In this document: piece after piece, positions 21,848 to 33,020 of the stretch
Position numbering within the stretch: the first letter of the stretch is position 1
How the letters are laid out: every line of letters begins with the position of its first letter
From: Eutreptiella sp. 'Long Island Sound 2002'
Lineage: Eukaryota; Protista; Euglenida
Reading direction: 5' to 3'
Assembly (NCBI GenBank): GCA_964036045.1
Contig: OZ038378.1
Location: 165,912,001-165,976,000, forward strand
DNA: 64,000 nucleotides
Notes under the pieces: generated by a model
Database searches by the model: none
What the model was told of the DNA's origin: nothing
What the model saw: the letters and a program-made list of their open reading frames with translations, nothing else
Position numbers and translations under genes: made by a program

Positions 21848-23789
21848 AAAAAATGATGCCTCGACTTCCCCAACTTGGCGCAACTTTATTGTGGGGGGCG
21901 GACCATTCCATCTCAGCCCATTGGACCATTTGGTGGGGATGTCAAGGTGAACCCCACCCCCTAAGCATCTGAGATGGGATGCGCCCTGCAAAGTACAATT
22001 TTCAGGGCCCCAATTTCGGCAGATAACTGTCAAAACATGTCAGCCCCCACCCAGCCCCACCCTATGAACAACTGTTGTTGGTCTCTAAAACCACAGAGCG
22101 ACAATTCAAAGCAAGCTGAAATGTCCATCAACCTGGGCGAGGGTTTTGGGATTTGGGATTCTGTTGTGCATATTGTACTGCTTCTTCTCTGACTCCCTCT
22201 TCAAAGAGTCCTGTTGCAAGAGCTGAATCTAAAGGCATTTTGCCACATGTACAATGGCACATCAGCAACCAAAAAGTAGGAGCAAGCGAAACAAAAACAA
22301 ACAGAAAGCACAACCTCAAGCATCAGGTTTCTGCCACATGCACGTTTGCAAACGATGAAATGAGACATAAATTCCTTCACTTCTTGGGCTGAATTGAACG
22401 CATACTACATTGAAACCAGAAACACCTTCTGACTCAAAACAGTGCACCACTTTGAAGCATAGGTAACAATTAAAAGTTGGTTGAACCATTCTTTCACCCT
22501 CATCCCATCCCATCTGCATTTGACCCCACCTGGTATAATACCGTATAATACCTGCTCGGCTTTACAGTACTAGCATTGTGCAAACCATCAATGCTTTTGG
22601 CTTCCCACGTACTCAAAAGGAGGTTTTCAAATGCCTGGTTCTGCACCACATGCACAATGCCCCTCCAACCCTTGGATCTTGCAAACAATGCATCTGAATA
22701 TGATGGTTGCATACACGGACACAAGTTAAGGCAGATCTTATGTTCCTCCGGAACTCCCATTGAAGTGAATGCAAGAAATAATTGCAATTTTCAAAGGGGG
22801 GCATAAAATGGGGGATGGGGTGAAGGTGAAGAAGTTGCATATGTTTGCCGCCATTTTCTCTTGCTATATGCCTTGTGATGTTTGTCTTGAGCCGATGGTG
22901 TTAGATTTCAAAAAATAAATATTTGTCCGGGTTGAGCACAAAGGATCCTTGGTGTTGATCAAGCCCGTGAGGTCACCTTCGATTATCGTACTTGGACGTG
23001 ATACAGCACTTGGAGAGGATGCTGGATTGTCCCTCGGCGTTGATCATGCTCCTGAGGTCCGACATCAGCCGTGCCTGCCCCGGCTCCCCAAAATGGGGGG
23101 AAAACAACATGGATACATCACCACACGCCCAAATAGTTGCACCGAGTTTGCATTGTGCACTGTGGTACGTGCGCCCCCAAAGACCCAACTAGTCCGCCCT
23201 CACTCCAAAAACAACGCGGCTCAATCAGATCTTCTCGTATCTTTTGCGGCAAGGGCCCATATAGCTGCATCAAGGGATAGGTCACCACTTTACAATCCTA
23301 CTTCGGGGCAACAAAGAGTTAAGCACACTCCCTTTTGGCCCGAATCAGTAGGATGTGCAACGCTATTCCATGGGGCTCCGTCATGAATGATTGCACTTGC
23401 TCCTTCGGCGTGCCCTTGGACACATGTGACTTGGACACATGTGAAGGCATGATGTCCAGACCTTCAAACACACACCAATGTTTGTGCCTTTTGAAGCCAC
23501 GCCTTCTACCTCCTTTTTTTGTCCCCGAGACACACACTGTAGCACCATAGCACATGCTCATCATCTTCAGGCTCCAGCTCACACTATGGGCATATAGTGT
23601 CCCGAAGGTCCTTGTCATTGGGTCTCTGTCTGTCCATAGCACGCCTGTTCACTAGCCCCTGAGCAGCGCCTTGTTGAGTTTCATCCCGTCAACAACGTAG
23701 AGAACAACCTAGCTCGCCTCCTTGTCAATACATCCCATCATGCCATGGAATTACCTAGGCCTTCTCTTCTCTAGCATTAATAGTGCATG

Positions 23790-24030
23790 GTATCGAAAAA
23801 GGGTCAAAAATGGGTCAAAAAACGTGTTTTTCCAAAAGTGATCCTGGACTAGACGGGATGCTCAAAGAAGTGTTTTAAGCCCATTTTGAGCCTGTGGGGA
23901 CGCGTTTTGGCCCATGGATAATCCCAAAATGCCTTGAAAAGCGCCCGTTTTGGGACCAAAAATGGGTCAAAATGGGGTTTTGCAATGCCCGGCACATACC
24001 TAGTCCATTAGTTGTCAACCTGGTGCTGAC
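23790..24030. repeat. Repeat-like segment with internal direct repeats (AAAAATGGGTCAAAA) in the array spacer; also at ~31075, ~38365, ~46280
   Basis: Internally repeated GGTCAAAAATGGGTCAAAA / CCAAAAATGGGTCAAAA motifs; no coding signal. Confidence 0.5.
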
Positions 24031-25730
24031 CTAGAGTGTGCATCTCTTGGAGCACCCTTGGCGCACCCGTACTACACTTGTCCCGTCTAGTACAGCACAG
24101 AGTTGCCGGCTCTCAATGATGTATTACACCACCACGTGCAGTGAGCCGGGCGTTCGTGTGCGGGTGTAGGTGTGGGTGTGGTGGTACTACCAATCAGCTT
24201 CCAATACACCAAGCCAATACAATATTCTAAAGCCATAGAAAGTCATTGTGTTCACCTAGGTACCAGTTGCCGGTGAAGCACAGGAAAATGGTCCAAGATA
24301 CTGCAGCACTTCATCACATTGAGTTCAGGCCCACTGACCATCCCCATCCCTATTACCTCTACCAGAACCGCATGCCATCCGCCCAGTCTATCTCTGTGGT
24401 CCCACGTTCCGTTTGCCGGGGCCAACTGCTCACCCAGGAGTAGACCCTGAGAAAAAAAGAAAGCCATCCATGAATGCCCTGTCCACAGCCTTGGGTTCTG
24501 CTGTCCATCAGCTTTGGGACTGGTTTGTTTTCCATTAGCCAGGAACCCTACGGACTTGGATGAGCTGGAAACAGTTGCAGGAATCTTATTTCAGGTCTGT
24601 TTGCAATGTGGCTTTCGCTTGCACTGCCACAGTGATAGGAAACAGATCTACCCTTGACAAACACAGAAGGTTTCAGAGCTGGTGGACAACAGGGTGTGTG
24701 TATTGCAGGACCATTTGGTGCATGCATGCATGGGAAACGATAGTGGAGTTACTTCAAAGCCAAACGATCCGATCCTCAATGCAGTGTGTAAAGCCGTCCG
24801 CAACTCTTTGGCGTCCATAATGTACATGGAGAACTGGTTGCTAAAAGCCTCGCAAGCCCCTGGTACCTTCGTAATTCTCGTATACACCGCTGGCTGGACA
24901 GGGCAAGGCAGCCTGGGAGAACCAGGCCGAATGCTCCACGCCATCTGATCTGCTGCGGTATTGTGCAACCTTGTCCAGCTTGGACCATTGGCCATCGCAT
25001 CCGGTGTCACCAGTGGTTCGTGTGCCAAAGGCTGGTGGGGTACCGTGCAGTACACCGTACACCCCGTGTCCGGTGGTGTGGTGAGGGAGAGAGAGAGGGA
25101 GCGTCGCAGGATGATCTCAATGATCGTGTATATTGAGGGGCAATCAGGACCCCACGGATCTAACTTTATAATAAAACAACGCCGATGCGAAGGCGCCATA
25201 ACAATTATAACATCCTTTGTAGGATTCTAGATACAGATGGGCAGCGCGCCCACGTGCTGACGGCAAGCACAGCCCTAGCAGGTGCTTACCACCCACAGGG
25301 ACCTTCAAGGGAAGCAATAACGGCCGCCCCTAGCCCCGGAAAAAAGGCACGGTTTACGAAGCGTTTTGGGCCCAAAGTAGACATCGTGTGAGAGAGAACA
25401 ACTACGACATCATCAAGTGCACCAACTTCTGAAAACCTCACAACAATATGTGACATGCTCATGGGATTCTGGGAGTCCAAGGGCAAGGCAGGTAGTCGCA
25501 GGGGCGAGGCTTATAGCCTCACAAGCCCGTGACTCCCCTCTGAAGAACTTTCAATGACCCTTGGGCAGATGGATCCCAGGGCACAGGAAGAAGCAGTCCC
25601 CTCAGGGGACCAGCCCGCTCCCAGTGCCCTATCAAGAGACTCCTGGGCTGGGACCCCCAGCCGTGACACGGTAGAAAACACAGCTATAGTTGTACCCTAC
25701 TGCGTCAGCGAGTGCTCCTCAGACATTCCC

Positions 25731-28700
25731 TCATGCATTGGTTGGAGCATTCGTCGAAGCGGTGCGCGGAGCACTGGTCGCCCCTCCTGGGCTGGGGCAC
25801 AGCACCAGCGTCGGGTTCTGGCCCCATCCACCGCTGCTGTCCGTCCGCTGAACAACGGCCGAGCGGGCGGTGTTGTCGACACTCTTCATGATCAGTTGGT
25901 CCGAGATCGAGCCTTCCGAGGGGTCGTTGATGACGTAGCCGGTCTGCCAATTCAGCTTCGGTGTCTTGGACAGGTCAACCGTCTTGGTGTTGGCGCTGGA
26001 ACTGCCAACTGCGGCACTCGCCCAGCCCTGCCGGCAGCAGGCGCATTGCTCCATGGACTCGCTGATGGGGATGGAGTCGGACACTTGCGAGGCATCCACC
26101 TCTGTCACTGTGAAGCCCGTGGCCGTGGTGTTGTTGGTGGACGTCAACTTGCAGTTTCGAGCCGTGGAGACGCCCGGGACCATCGAAGTGAGGGAGGGGA
26201 ACGTCAGAGAGTAGTAGATAGACTCGATGTTGATGCCACCTTCTTCGCCCTCGATGTAGCTGCTGAATGATGAAGCCGTGTCCTTGATCTTCGTTGCCAA
26301 CATTGTGTTGAATTCAGCCCGACGCTCCGTGATGGTCTTGGTGGCCCAAGAGGTGTTGTTTGCGTTGGATGTGAAGTCGATGGAGTATGTCTTCTCGTAC
26401 GTGCTGTTTTCGCCGTCCGTCTCATAGCACTTCATGTACAAATCCGTGGCCTTCTCCATCCAGGACTCGACCAAATACGTCCACTCCGTCCCTGAGAGTG
26501 TTTGCAACGAAGCCTGCGCTGTGGCGGCGAGGGAATTCCCCGCATCCGTAAAGCGCGCGTAACTTGTGTCTCCGTCGTAGTTTGATTTGTCAAACACGGC
26601 GTTTGGCAAATCAGTCATGCTGGTGTCAGCCTGAATAACGATGCTGCTGTTGCCCTGGCCAGCGGCCAAGTAATTCCGGTTGCTCACAAGTGCCTTGGTT
26701 CCGTTGATGTCAGCAAGGATCCACAATTGGTCAATCTGCTCAGTGCCGTACTTGACGGTGTCCAGGGTTACCAATCGGTTGCCTTTCTGCGTCAAATACA
26801 ACTGTGACGATCCATTCGTGCCTTTGGTGCGAAGCGTGAGCCCCGAAGACTTCCACTCTGCATACCAAATGGTGCCGTTGTTGAACCCGGGCTCCGTCTC
26901 AGCGCGCCGGAGGATCGCAACATCATCCTGTTTGGCCCCGGATAAGACTCCCAATGAGAGGCCGCTGGTCTTCAGGGACAACGTGACGTACTTCTTGTCG
27001 AGGGATTGGGTGTAGCTTATGTTTGTGGGGTCGGTCACAACGTCCACCGACGGTGTGGCATCCGAAAGCTCGGTCATCGCTGTAGTGATGTCGTTGGGCA
27101 AGAAGTCCGTCATCTCCGTCAGCATGCCATATTCAATGATCCTCCAATTGGACGCCTCCCCCACACTCTGGATCCACAGATCACTGTTGCCATTGAGGAG
27201 CCCATTCCCGCCGGTGGTCTGGTAGTCATTGTTTGCGCTGCTGCCGGTGTTGCTGCTGTTGGCGCCGGTGTCCGACCCATTGCTCACACCCACATCTGCA
27301 CTGGCAGCACCGTACCCGGCAGATACCCCCACGTTGGTGGACTGTGTGGTGCTGCTGCCACTCCAATCCCCGGACGCGGTAGAGGCCTCCGTTTGGTAGG
27401 CCTTGCCCCCCAGAGTGACAGACTCAGGGTAGAAGTCCCCATACGCAAGCAGCACTTTGTTCAGGTTCGAGGCTCGAGTGACGGCAGAGGGCTGCTTGGT
27501 GGCATCCAACGCTTCGCGCAGGTCTGCCAGGTATTGGTCGGACAGCTTCAGACTGGGCTGTGGCCAGATCTTTGCCCTGGGGTACAGCCACTGCGTGAGC
27601 ATTGTGGTCTGTTCGCTAGAGGTGGCGCTGGAGTCCGAGCTGCCGCTGTTCGTGCCAACACTGACACCGACGGAGGCCCCGGCGGGAACCCCAGCGCTGA
27701 CCCCGACGGACGTGCTAGTGAAGCCGGACGCAACGGAATCCGCGCTGGCCAGGGACTTGCACAGCGTGGCCTTGATGGTGGACCCGTCCTCAACGGCGTA
27801 GCTCACGGCTTCGGGATTCCAGACCCAGGGCTGTTTGGGGGCAGGCTTGATGCCATCGGCCGTCACGGAGAACCCCCGCAGAAGGTTGTTTCCCTCGAAC
27901 ACCTTCTGCCACTGGTTCATGGTCAAATCCACTGCCTGCTCCACGGTTCCTGCCTCAGAGGCGCCACTGGTCGTCGAAATCGTCGCGTCCGGAAGCGGCC
28001 CAGCCGTAGCGGCGGGTGCCAGGTTCCCCTTTATGGCGTCCACATTGGCCTGGGTTGCCGCTGCATTGTTCTTCGCCGCCTCACCGGATGCCGCAGCCGC
28101 AGCGGAGGCATCGGCGGGCGGTGGCGAATTGGGGGCTTGGCTGGTCATCGTCAGAATGCAGTCGGTCGCGATCTCACTCGCAGTTGTGGTGGCTTCATCA
28201 GCCGACGACACTGGGAAATTGTTTGCTTGCAAGAACATCATCCCGTTGGCCGGCGCGGTCGCCTTCAGCGCCGTCCGCACATTCGCCAGGCTCTCGTCCC
28301 CGCCCAATGTGCTGACCCGGAGCGATGCAGCGTTGACGTCGTTCTGCACAATGTTGTACGCCGTACACGCCCCTGCACTGGCAGTGGCATCTGCCTCAAG
28401 GGCCTCGGTAAGCGCCTTGGTGGTGGTGGTGGTGGTGGTGGTGCTGTTGGTGGTCGCAGGTGCTATGGTTAACGAGGACCCGGCCTTGAGGGCTCGGGTT
28501 CGGGAGGCCTCCAGATGCGGGGACAACTCCCGGGAAAGCCGCCCGGCCTTGGCGACAGGCACGACCACCTGTGTACCTCTGCGCGGCACAAGGTACACGG
28601 ACCGGCGGTCCGCAAGCCCCAGGGCTGTGGTCAGGTTGCGCTCAACGGCAGCGCAGCGGGCAGCAAGGGCAGAGCCCGGGGTAATGCTTTTCTGGAGCTG

Positions 28701-29114
28701 GGCCATGGTACGTCGGAGGTCGGCACGCCGCAGAAGGCCGGCGTTGGGGACGTGACTGTCCCGACTGCCCGTCATCTTGGCATAGAGACTCTCCAACAGA
28801 CCAAGTGCCTGCTCGGCCCCCGAAGCTTCAGAGACAAGTTGGGCCGGGCTGTGGTGCACAAACGCGGTGGCGAATGGGATCCGAGCCTTCCGCAGCATCT
28901 TGGGCCACACCGCAGGCCGGTCAGCAGGGGCCTGGAGGGCGACCTGAGAACCGCTGGCGGCCAGGCGCATGGCTTGCCCCAGGGTCTGATCAGGATTGGG
29001 GCCTGCGGGCAGCACTGTAATGCCGTCCATGCGCGGGAGTGGGAGGGCATCCAGAGCAACCCCCTGCAGGAGGATAACCCCTCCCTTGGGGCGAGCAGCT
29101 TGACAGCACAGCAT
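25731..29114 (-). CDS. MACPF domain protein, copy 2 (1127 aa; Thr run of 8)
   Basis: Near-identical to copy 1; intact ORF. Confidence 0.85.
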   Translation of the reverse strand: MLCCQAARPKGGVILLQGVALDALPLPRMDGITVLPAGPNPDQTLGQAMRLAASGSQVALQAPADRPAVWPKMLRKARIPFATAFVHHSPAQLVSEASGAEQALGLLESLYAKMTGSRDSHVPNAGLLRRADLRRTMAQLQKSITPGSALAARCAAVERNLTTALGLADRRSVYLVPRRGTQVVVPVAKAGRLSRELSPHLEASRTRALKAGSSLTIAPATTNSTTTTTTTTKALTEALEADATASAGACTAYNIVQNDVNAASLRVSTLGGDESLANVRTALKATAPANGMMFLQANNFPVSSADEATTTASEIATDCILTMTSQAPNSPPPADASAAAAASGEAAKNNAAATQANVDAIKGNLAPAATAGPLPDATISTTSGASEAGTVEQAVDLTMNQWQKVFEGNNLLRGFSVTADGIKPAPKQPWVWNPEAVSYAVEDGSTIKATLCKSLASADSVASGFTSTSVGVSAGVPAGASVGVSVGTNSGSSDSSATSSEQTTMLTQWLYPRAKIWPQPSLKLSDQYLADLREALDATKQPSAVTRASNLNKVLLAYGDFYPESVTLGGKAYQTEASTASGDWSGSSTTQSTNVGVSAGYGAASADVGVSNGSDTGANSSNTGSSANNDYQTTGGNGLLNGNSDLWIQSVGEASNWRIIEYGMLTEMTDFLPNDITTAMTELSDATPSVDVVTDPTNISYTQSLDKKYVTLSLKTSGLSLGVLSGAKQDDVAILRRAETEPGFNNGTIWYAEWKSSGLTLRTKGTNGSSQLYLTQKGNRLVTLDTVKYGTEQIDQLWILADINGTKALVSNRNYLAAGQGNSSIVIQADTSMTDLPNAVFDKSNYDGDTSYARFTDAGNSLAATAQASLQTLSGTEWTYLVESWMEKATDLYMKCYETDGENSTYEKTYSIDFTSNANNTSWATKTITERRAEFNTMLATKIKDTASSFSSYIEGEEGGINIESIYYSLTFPSLTSMVPGVSTARNCKLTSTNNTTATGFTVTEVDASQVSDSIPISESMEQCACCRQGWASAAVGSSSANTKTVDLSKTPKLNWQTGYVINDPSEGSISDQLIMKSVDNTARSAVVQRTDSSGGWGQNPTLVLCPSPGGATSAPRTASTNAPTNA

Positions 29115-29132
29115 TTTTGAACAGTGGAATCT

Positions 29133-29160
29133 CTAGAAAAAAACCATGGACACTCAGAAA
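29133..29160 (-). other. Relic SL-like sequence/acceptor (copy 2)
   Basis: Same sequence and spacing as copy 1. Confidence 0.65.
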
Positions 29161-32100
29161 AAAAAATGATGCCTCGACTTCCCCAACTTGGCGCAACTTT
29201 ATTGTGGGGGGCGGACCATTCCATCTCAGCCCATTGGACCATTTGGTGGGGATGTCAAGGTGAACCCCACCCCCTAAGCATCTGAGATGGGATGCGCCCT
29301 GCAAAGTACAATTTTCAGGGCCCCAATTTCGGCAGATAACTGTCAAAACATGTCAGCCCCCACCCAGCCCCACCCTATGAACAACTGTTGTTGGTCTCTA
29401 AAACCACAGAGCGACAATTCAAAGCAAGCTGAAATGTCCATCAACCTGGGCGAGGGTTTTGGGATTTGGGATTCTGTTGTGCATATTGTACTGCTTCTTC
29501 TCTGACTCCCTCTTCAAAGAGTCCTGTTGCAAGAGCTGAATCTAAAGGCATTTTGCCACATGTACAATGGCACATCAGCAACCAAAAAGTAGGAGCAAGC
29601 GAAACAAAAACAAACAGAAAGCACAACCTCAAGCATCAGGTTTCTGCCACATGCACGTTTGCAAACGATGAAATGAGACATAAATTCCTTCACTTCTTGG
29701 GCTGAATTGAACGCATACTACATTGAAACCAGAAACAACTTCTGACTCAAAACAGTGCACCACTGTGAAGCATAGGTAACAATTAAAAGTTGGTTGAACC
29801 ATTCTTTCACCCTCATCCCATCCCATCTGCATTTGACCCCACCTGGTATAATACCTGCTCGGCTTTACAGTACTAGCATTGTGCAAACCATCAATGCTTT
29901 TGGCTTCCCACGTACTCAAAAGGAGGTTTTCAAATGCCTGGTTCTGCACCACATGCACAATGCCCCTCCAACCCTTGGATCTTGCAAACAATGCATCTGA
30001 ATATGATGGTTGCATACACGGACACAAGTTAAGGCAGATCTTATGTTCCTCCGGAACTCCCATTGAAGTGAATGCAGGAAATAATTGCAATTTTCAAAGG
30101 GGGGGCATAAAATGGGGGATGGGGTGAAGGTGAAGAAGTTGCATATGTTTGCCGCCATTTTCTATTGCTATATGCCTTGTGATGTTTGTCTTGAGCCCAT
30201 GGTTTTACATTTCAAAAAATAAATATTTGTCCAGGTTGAGCACAAAGGATCCTTTGTATTGATCAAGCCCGTGAGGTCACCTTCGATTATCGTACTTGGA
30301 CGTGATACAGCACTTGGAGAGGATGCTGGATTGTCCCTCGGCGTTGATCATGGTCCTGAGGTCCGACATCAGCCGTGCCTGCCCCGGCTCCCCAAAATGG
30401 GGGGAAAACAACATGGATACATCACCACACGCCCAAATAATTGCACCGAGTTTGCACTGCGCACTGTGGTACGTGCGCCCCCAAAGACCCAACTAGTCCG
30501 CCCTCACTCCAAAAACAACGCGGCTCAATCGGATCTTCTCGTATCTTTTGCGGCAAGGGCCCATATAGCTGCATCAAGGGATAGGTCACCACTTTACAAT
30601 CCTACTTCGGGGCAACAAAGAGTTAAGCATACTCCCTTTTGGCCCAACTCAGTAGGATGTGCAACGCTATTCCATGGGGCTCCGTCATGAATGATTGCAC
30701 TTGCTCCTTCGGCGTGCCCTTGGACACATGTGAAGGCATGATGTCCAGACCTTCAAACACACACCAATGTTTGTGCCTTTTGAAGCCACGCCTTCTACCT
30801 CCTTTTTTTGTCCCCGAGACACACACTGTAGCACCATAGCACATGCTCATCATCTTCAGGCTCCAGCTCACACTATGGGCATATAGTGTCCCGAAGGTCC
30901 TTGTCATTGGGTCTCTGTGCTGTCCATAGCACGCCTGTTCACTAGCCCCTGAGCAGCGCCTTGTTGAGTTTCATCCCGTCAACAACGTAGAGAACAACCT
31001 AGCTCGCCTCCTTGTCAATACATCCCATCATGCCATGGAATTACCTAGGCCTTCTCTTCTCTAGCATTAATAGTGCATGGTATCGAAAAAGGGTCAAAAA
31101 TGGGTCAAAAAACGTGTTTTTCCAAAAGTGATCCTGGACCAGACGGGATGCTCAAAGAAGTGTTTTTAGCCCATTTTGGGCCTGTGGGGACGCGTTTTGG
31201 CCCATGGATAATCCCAAAATGCCTTGAAAAGCGCCCGTTTTGGGACCAAAAATGGGTCAAAATGGGGTTTTGCAATGCCCGGCACATACCTAGTCCATTA
31301 GTTGTCAACCTGGTGCTGACCTAGAGTGTGCATCTCTTGGAGCACCCTTGGCGCACCCGTACTACACTTGTCCCGTCTAGTACAGCACAGAGTTGCCGGC
31401 TCTCAATGATGTATTACACCACCACGTGCAGTGAGCCGGGCGTTCGTGTGCGGGTGTAGGTGTGGGTGTGGTGGTACTACCAATCAGCTTCCAATACACC
31501 AAGCCAATACAATATTCTAAAGCCATAGAAAGTCATTGTGTTCACCTAGGTACCAGTTGCCGGTGAAGCACAGGAAAATGGTCCAAGATACTGCAGCACT
31601 TCATCACATTGAGTTCAGGCCCACTGACCATCCCCATCCCTATTACCTCTACCAGAACCGCATGCCATCCGCCCAGTCTATCTCTGTGGTCCCACGTTCC
31701 GTTTGCCGGGGCCAACTGCTCACCCAGGAGTAGACCCTGAGAAAAAAAGAAAGCCATCCATGAATGCCCTGTCCACAGCCTTGGGTTCTGCTGTCCATCA
31801 GCTTTGGGACTGGTTTGTTTTCCATTAGCCAGGAACCCTACGGACTTGGATGAGCTGGAAACAGTTGCAGGAATCTTATTTCAGGTCTGTTTGCAATGTG
31901 GCTTTCGCTTGCACTGCCACAGTGATAGGAAACAGATCTACCCTTGACAAACACAGAAGGTTTCAGAGCTGGTGGACAACAGGGTGTGTGTATTGCAGGA
32001 CCATTTGGTGCATGCATGCATGGGAAACGATAGTGGAATTACTTCAAAGCCAAACGATCCGATCCTCAATGCAGTGTGTAAAGCCGTCCACAACTCTTTG

Positions 32101-33020
32101 GCGTCCACAATGTACATGGAGAACTGGTTGCTAAAAGCCTCGCAAGCCCCTGGTACCTTCGTAATTCTCGTATACACCGCTGGCTGGACAGGGCAAGGCA
32201 GCCTGGGAGAACCAGGCCGAATGCTCCACGCCATCTGATCTGCTGCGGTATTGTGCAACCTTGTCCAGCTTGGACCATTGGCCATCGCATCCGGTGTCAC
32301 CAGTGGTTCGTGTGCCAAAGGCTGGTGGGGTACCGTGCAGTACACCGTACACCCCGTGTCCGGTGGTGTGGTGAGGGAGAGAGAGAGGGAGCGTCGCAGG
32401 ATGATCTCAATGATCGTGTATATTGAGGGGCAATCAGGACCCCACGGATCTAACTTTATAATAAAACAACGCCGATGCGAAGGCGCCATAACAATTATAA
32501 CATCCTTTGTAGGATTCTAGATACAGATGGGCAGCGCGCCCACGTGCTGACGGCAAGCACAGCCCTAGCAGGTGCTTACCACCCACAGGGACCTTCAAGG
32601 GAAGCAATAACGGCCGCCCCTAGCCCCGGAAAAAAGGCACGGTTTACGAAGCGTTTTGGGCCCAAAGTAGACATCGTGTGAGAGAGAACAACTACGACAT
32701 CATCAAGTGCACCAACTTCTGAAAACCTCACAACAATATGTGACATGCTCATGGGATTCTGGGAGTCCAAGGGCAAGGCAGGTAGTCGCAGGGGCGAGGC
32801 TTATAGCCTCACAAGCCCGTGACTCCCCTCTGAAGAACTTTCAATGACCCTTGGGCAGATGGATCCCAGGGCACAGGAAGAAGCAGTCCCCTCAGGGGAC
32901 CAGCCCGCTCCCAGTGCCCTATCAAGAGACTCCTGGGCTGGGACCCCCAGCCGTGACACGGTAGAAAACACAGCTATAGTTGTACCCTACTGCGTCAGCG
33001 AGTGCTCCTCAGACAGGCGC

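Noticed and set aside
24560-25391. Conserved small ORFs (86, 88, 183, 89, 68 aa) repeated in every unit's 3' flank
   Set aside because: Conserved only because the units are recent duplicates; overlapping, motif-free and disrupted in copy 1.
25281-25710. The 430-bp indel as a euglenid non-canonical intron
   Set aside because: No GT-AG ends and no obvious end-pairing typical of non-conventional introns; microhomology deletion or insertion is simpler.
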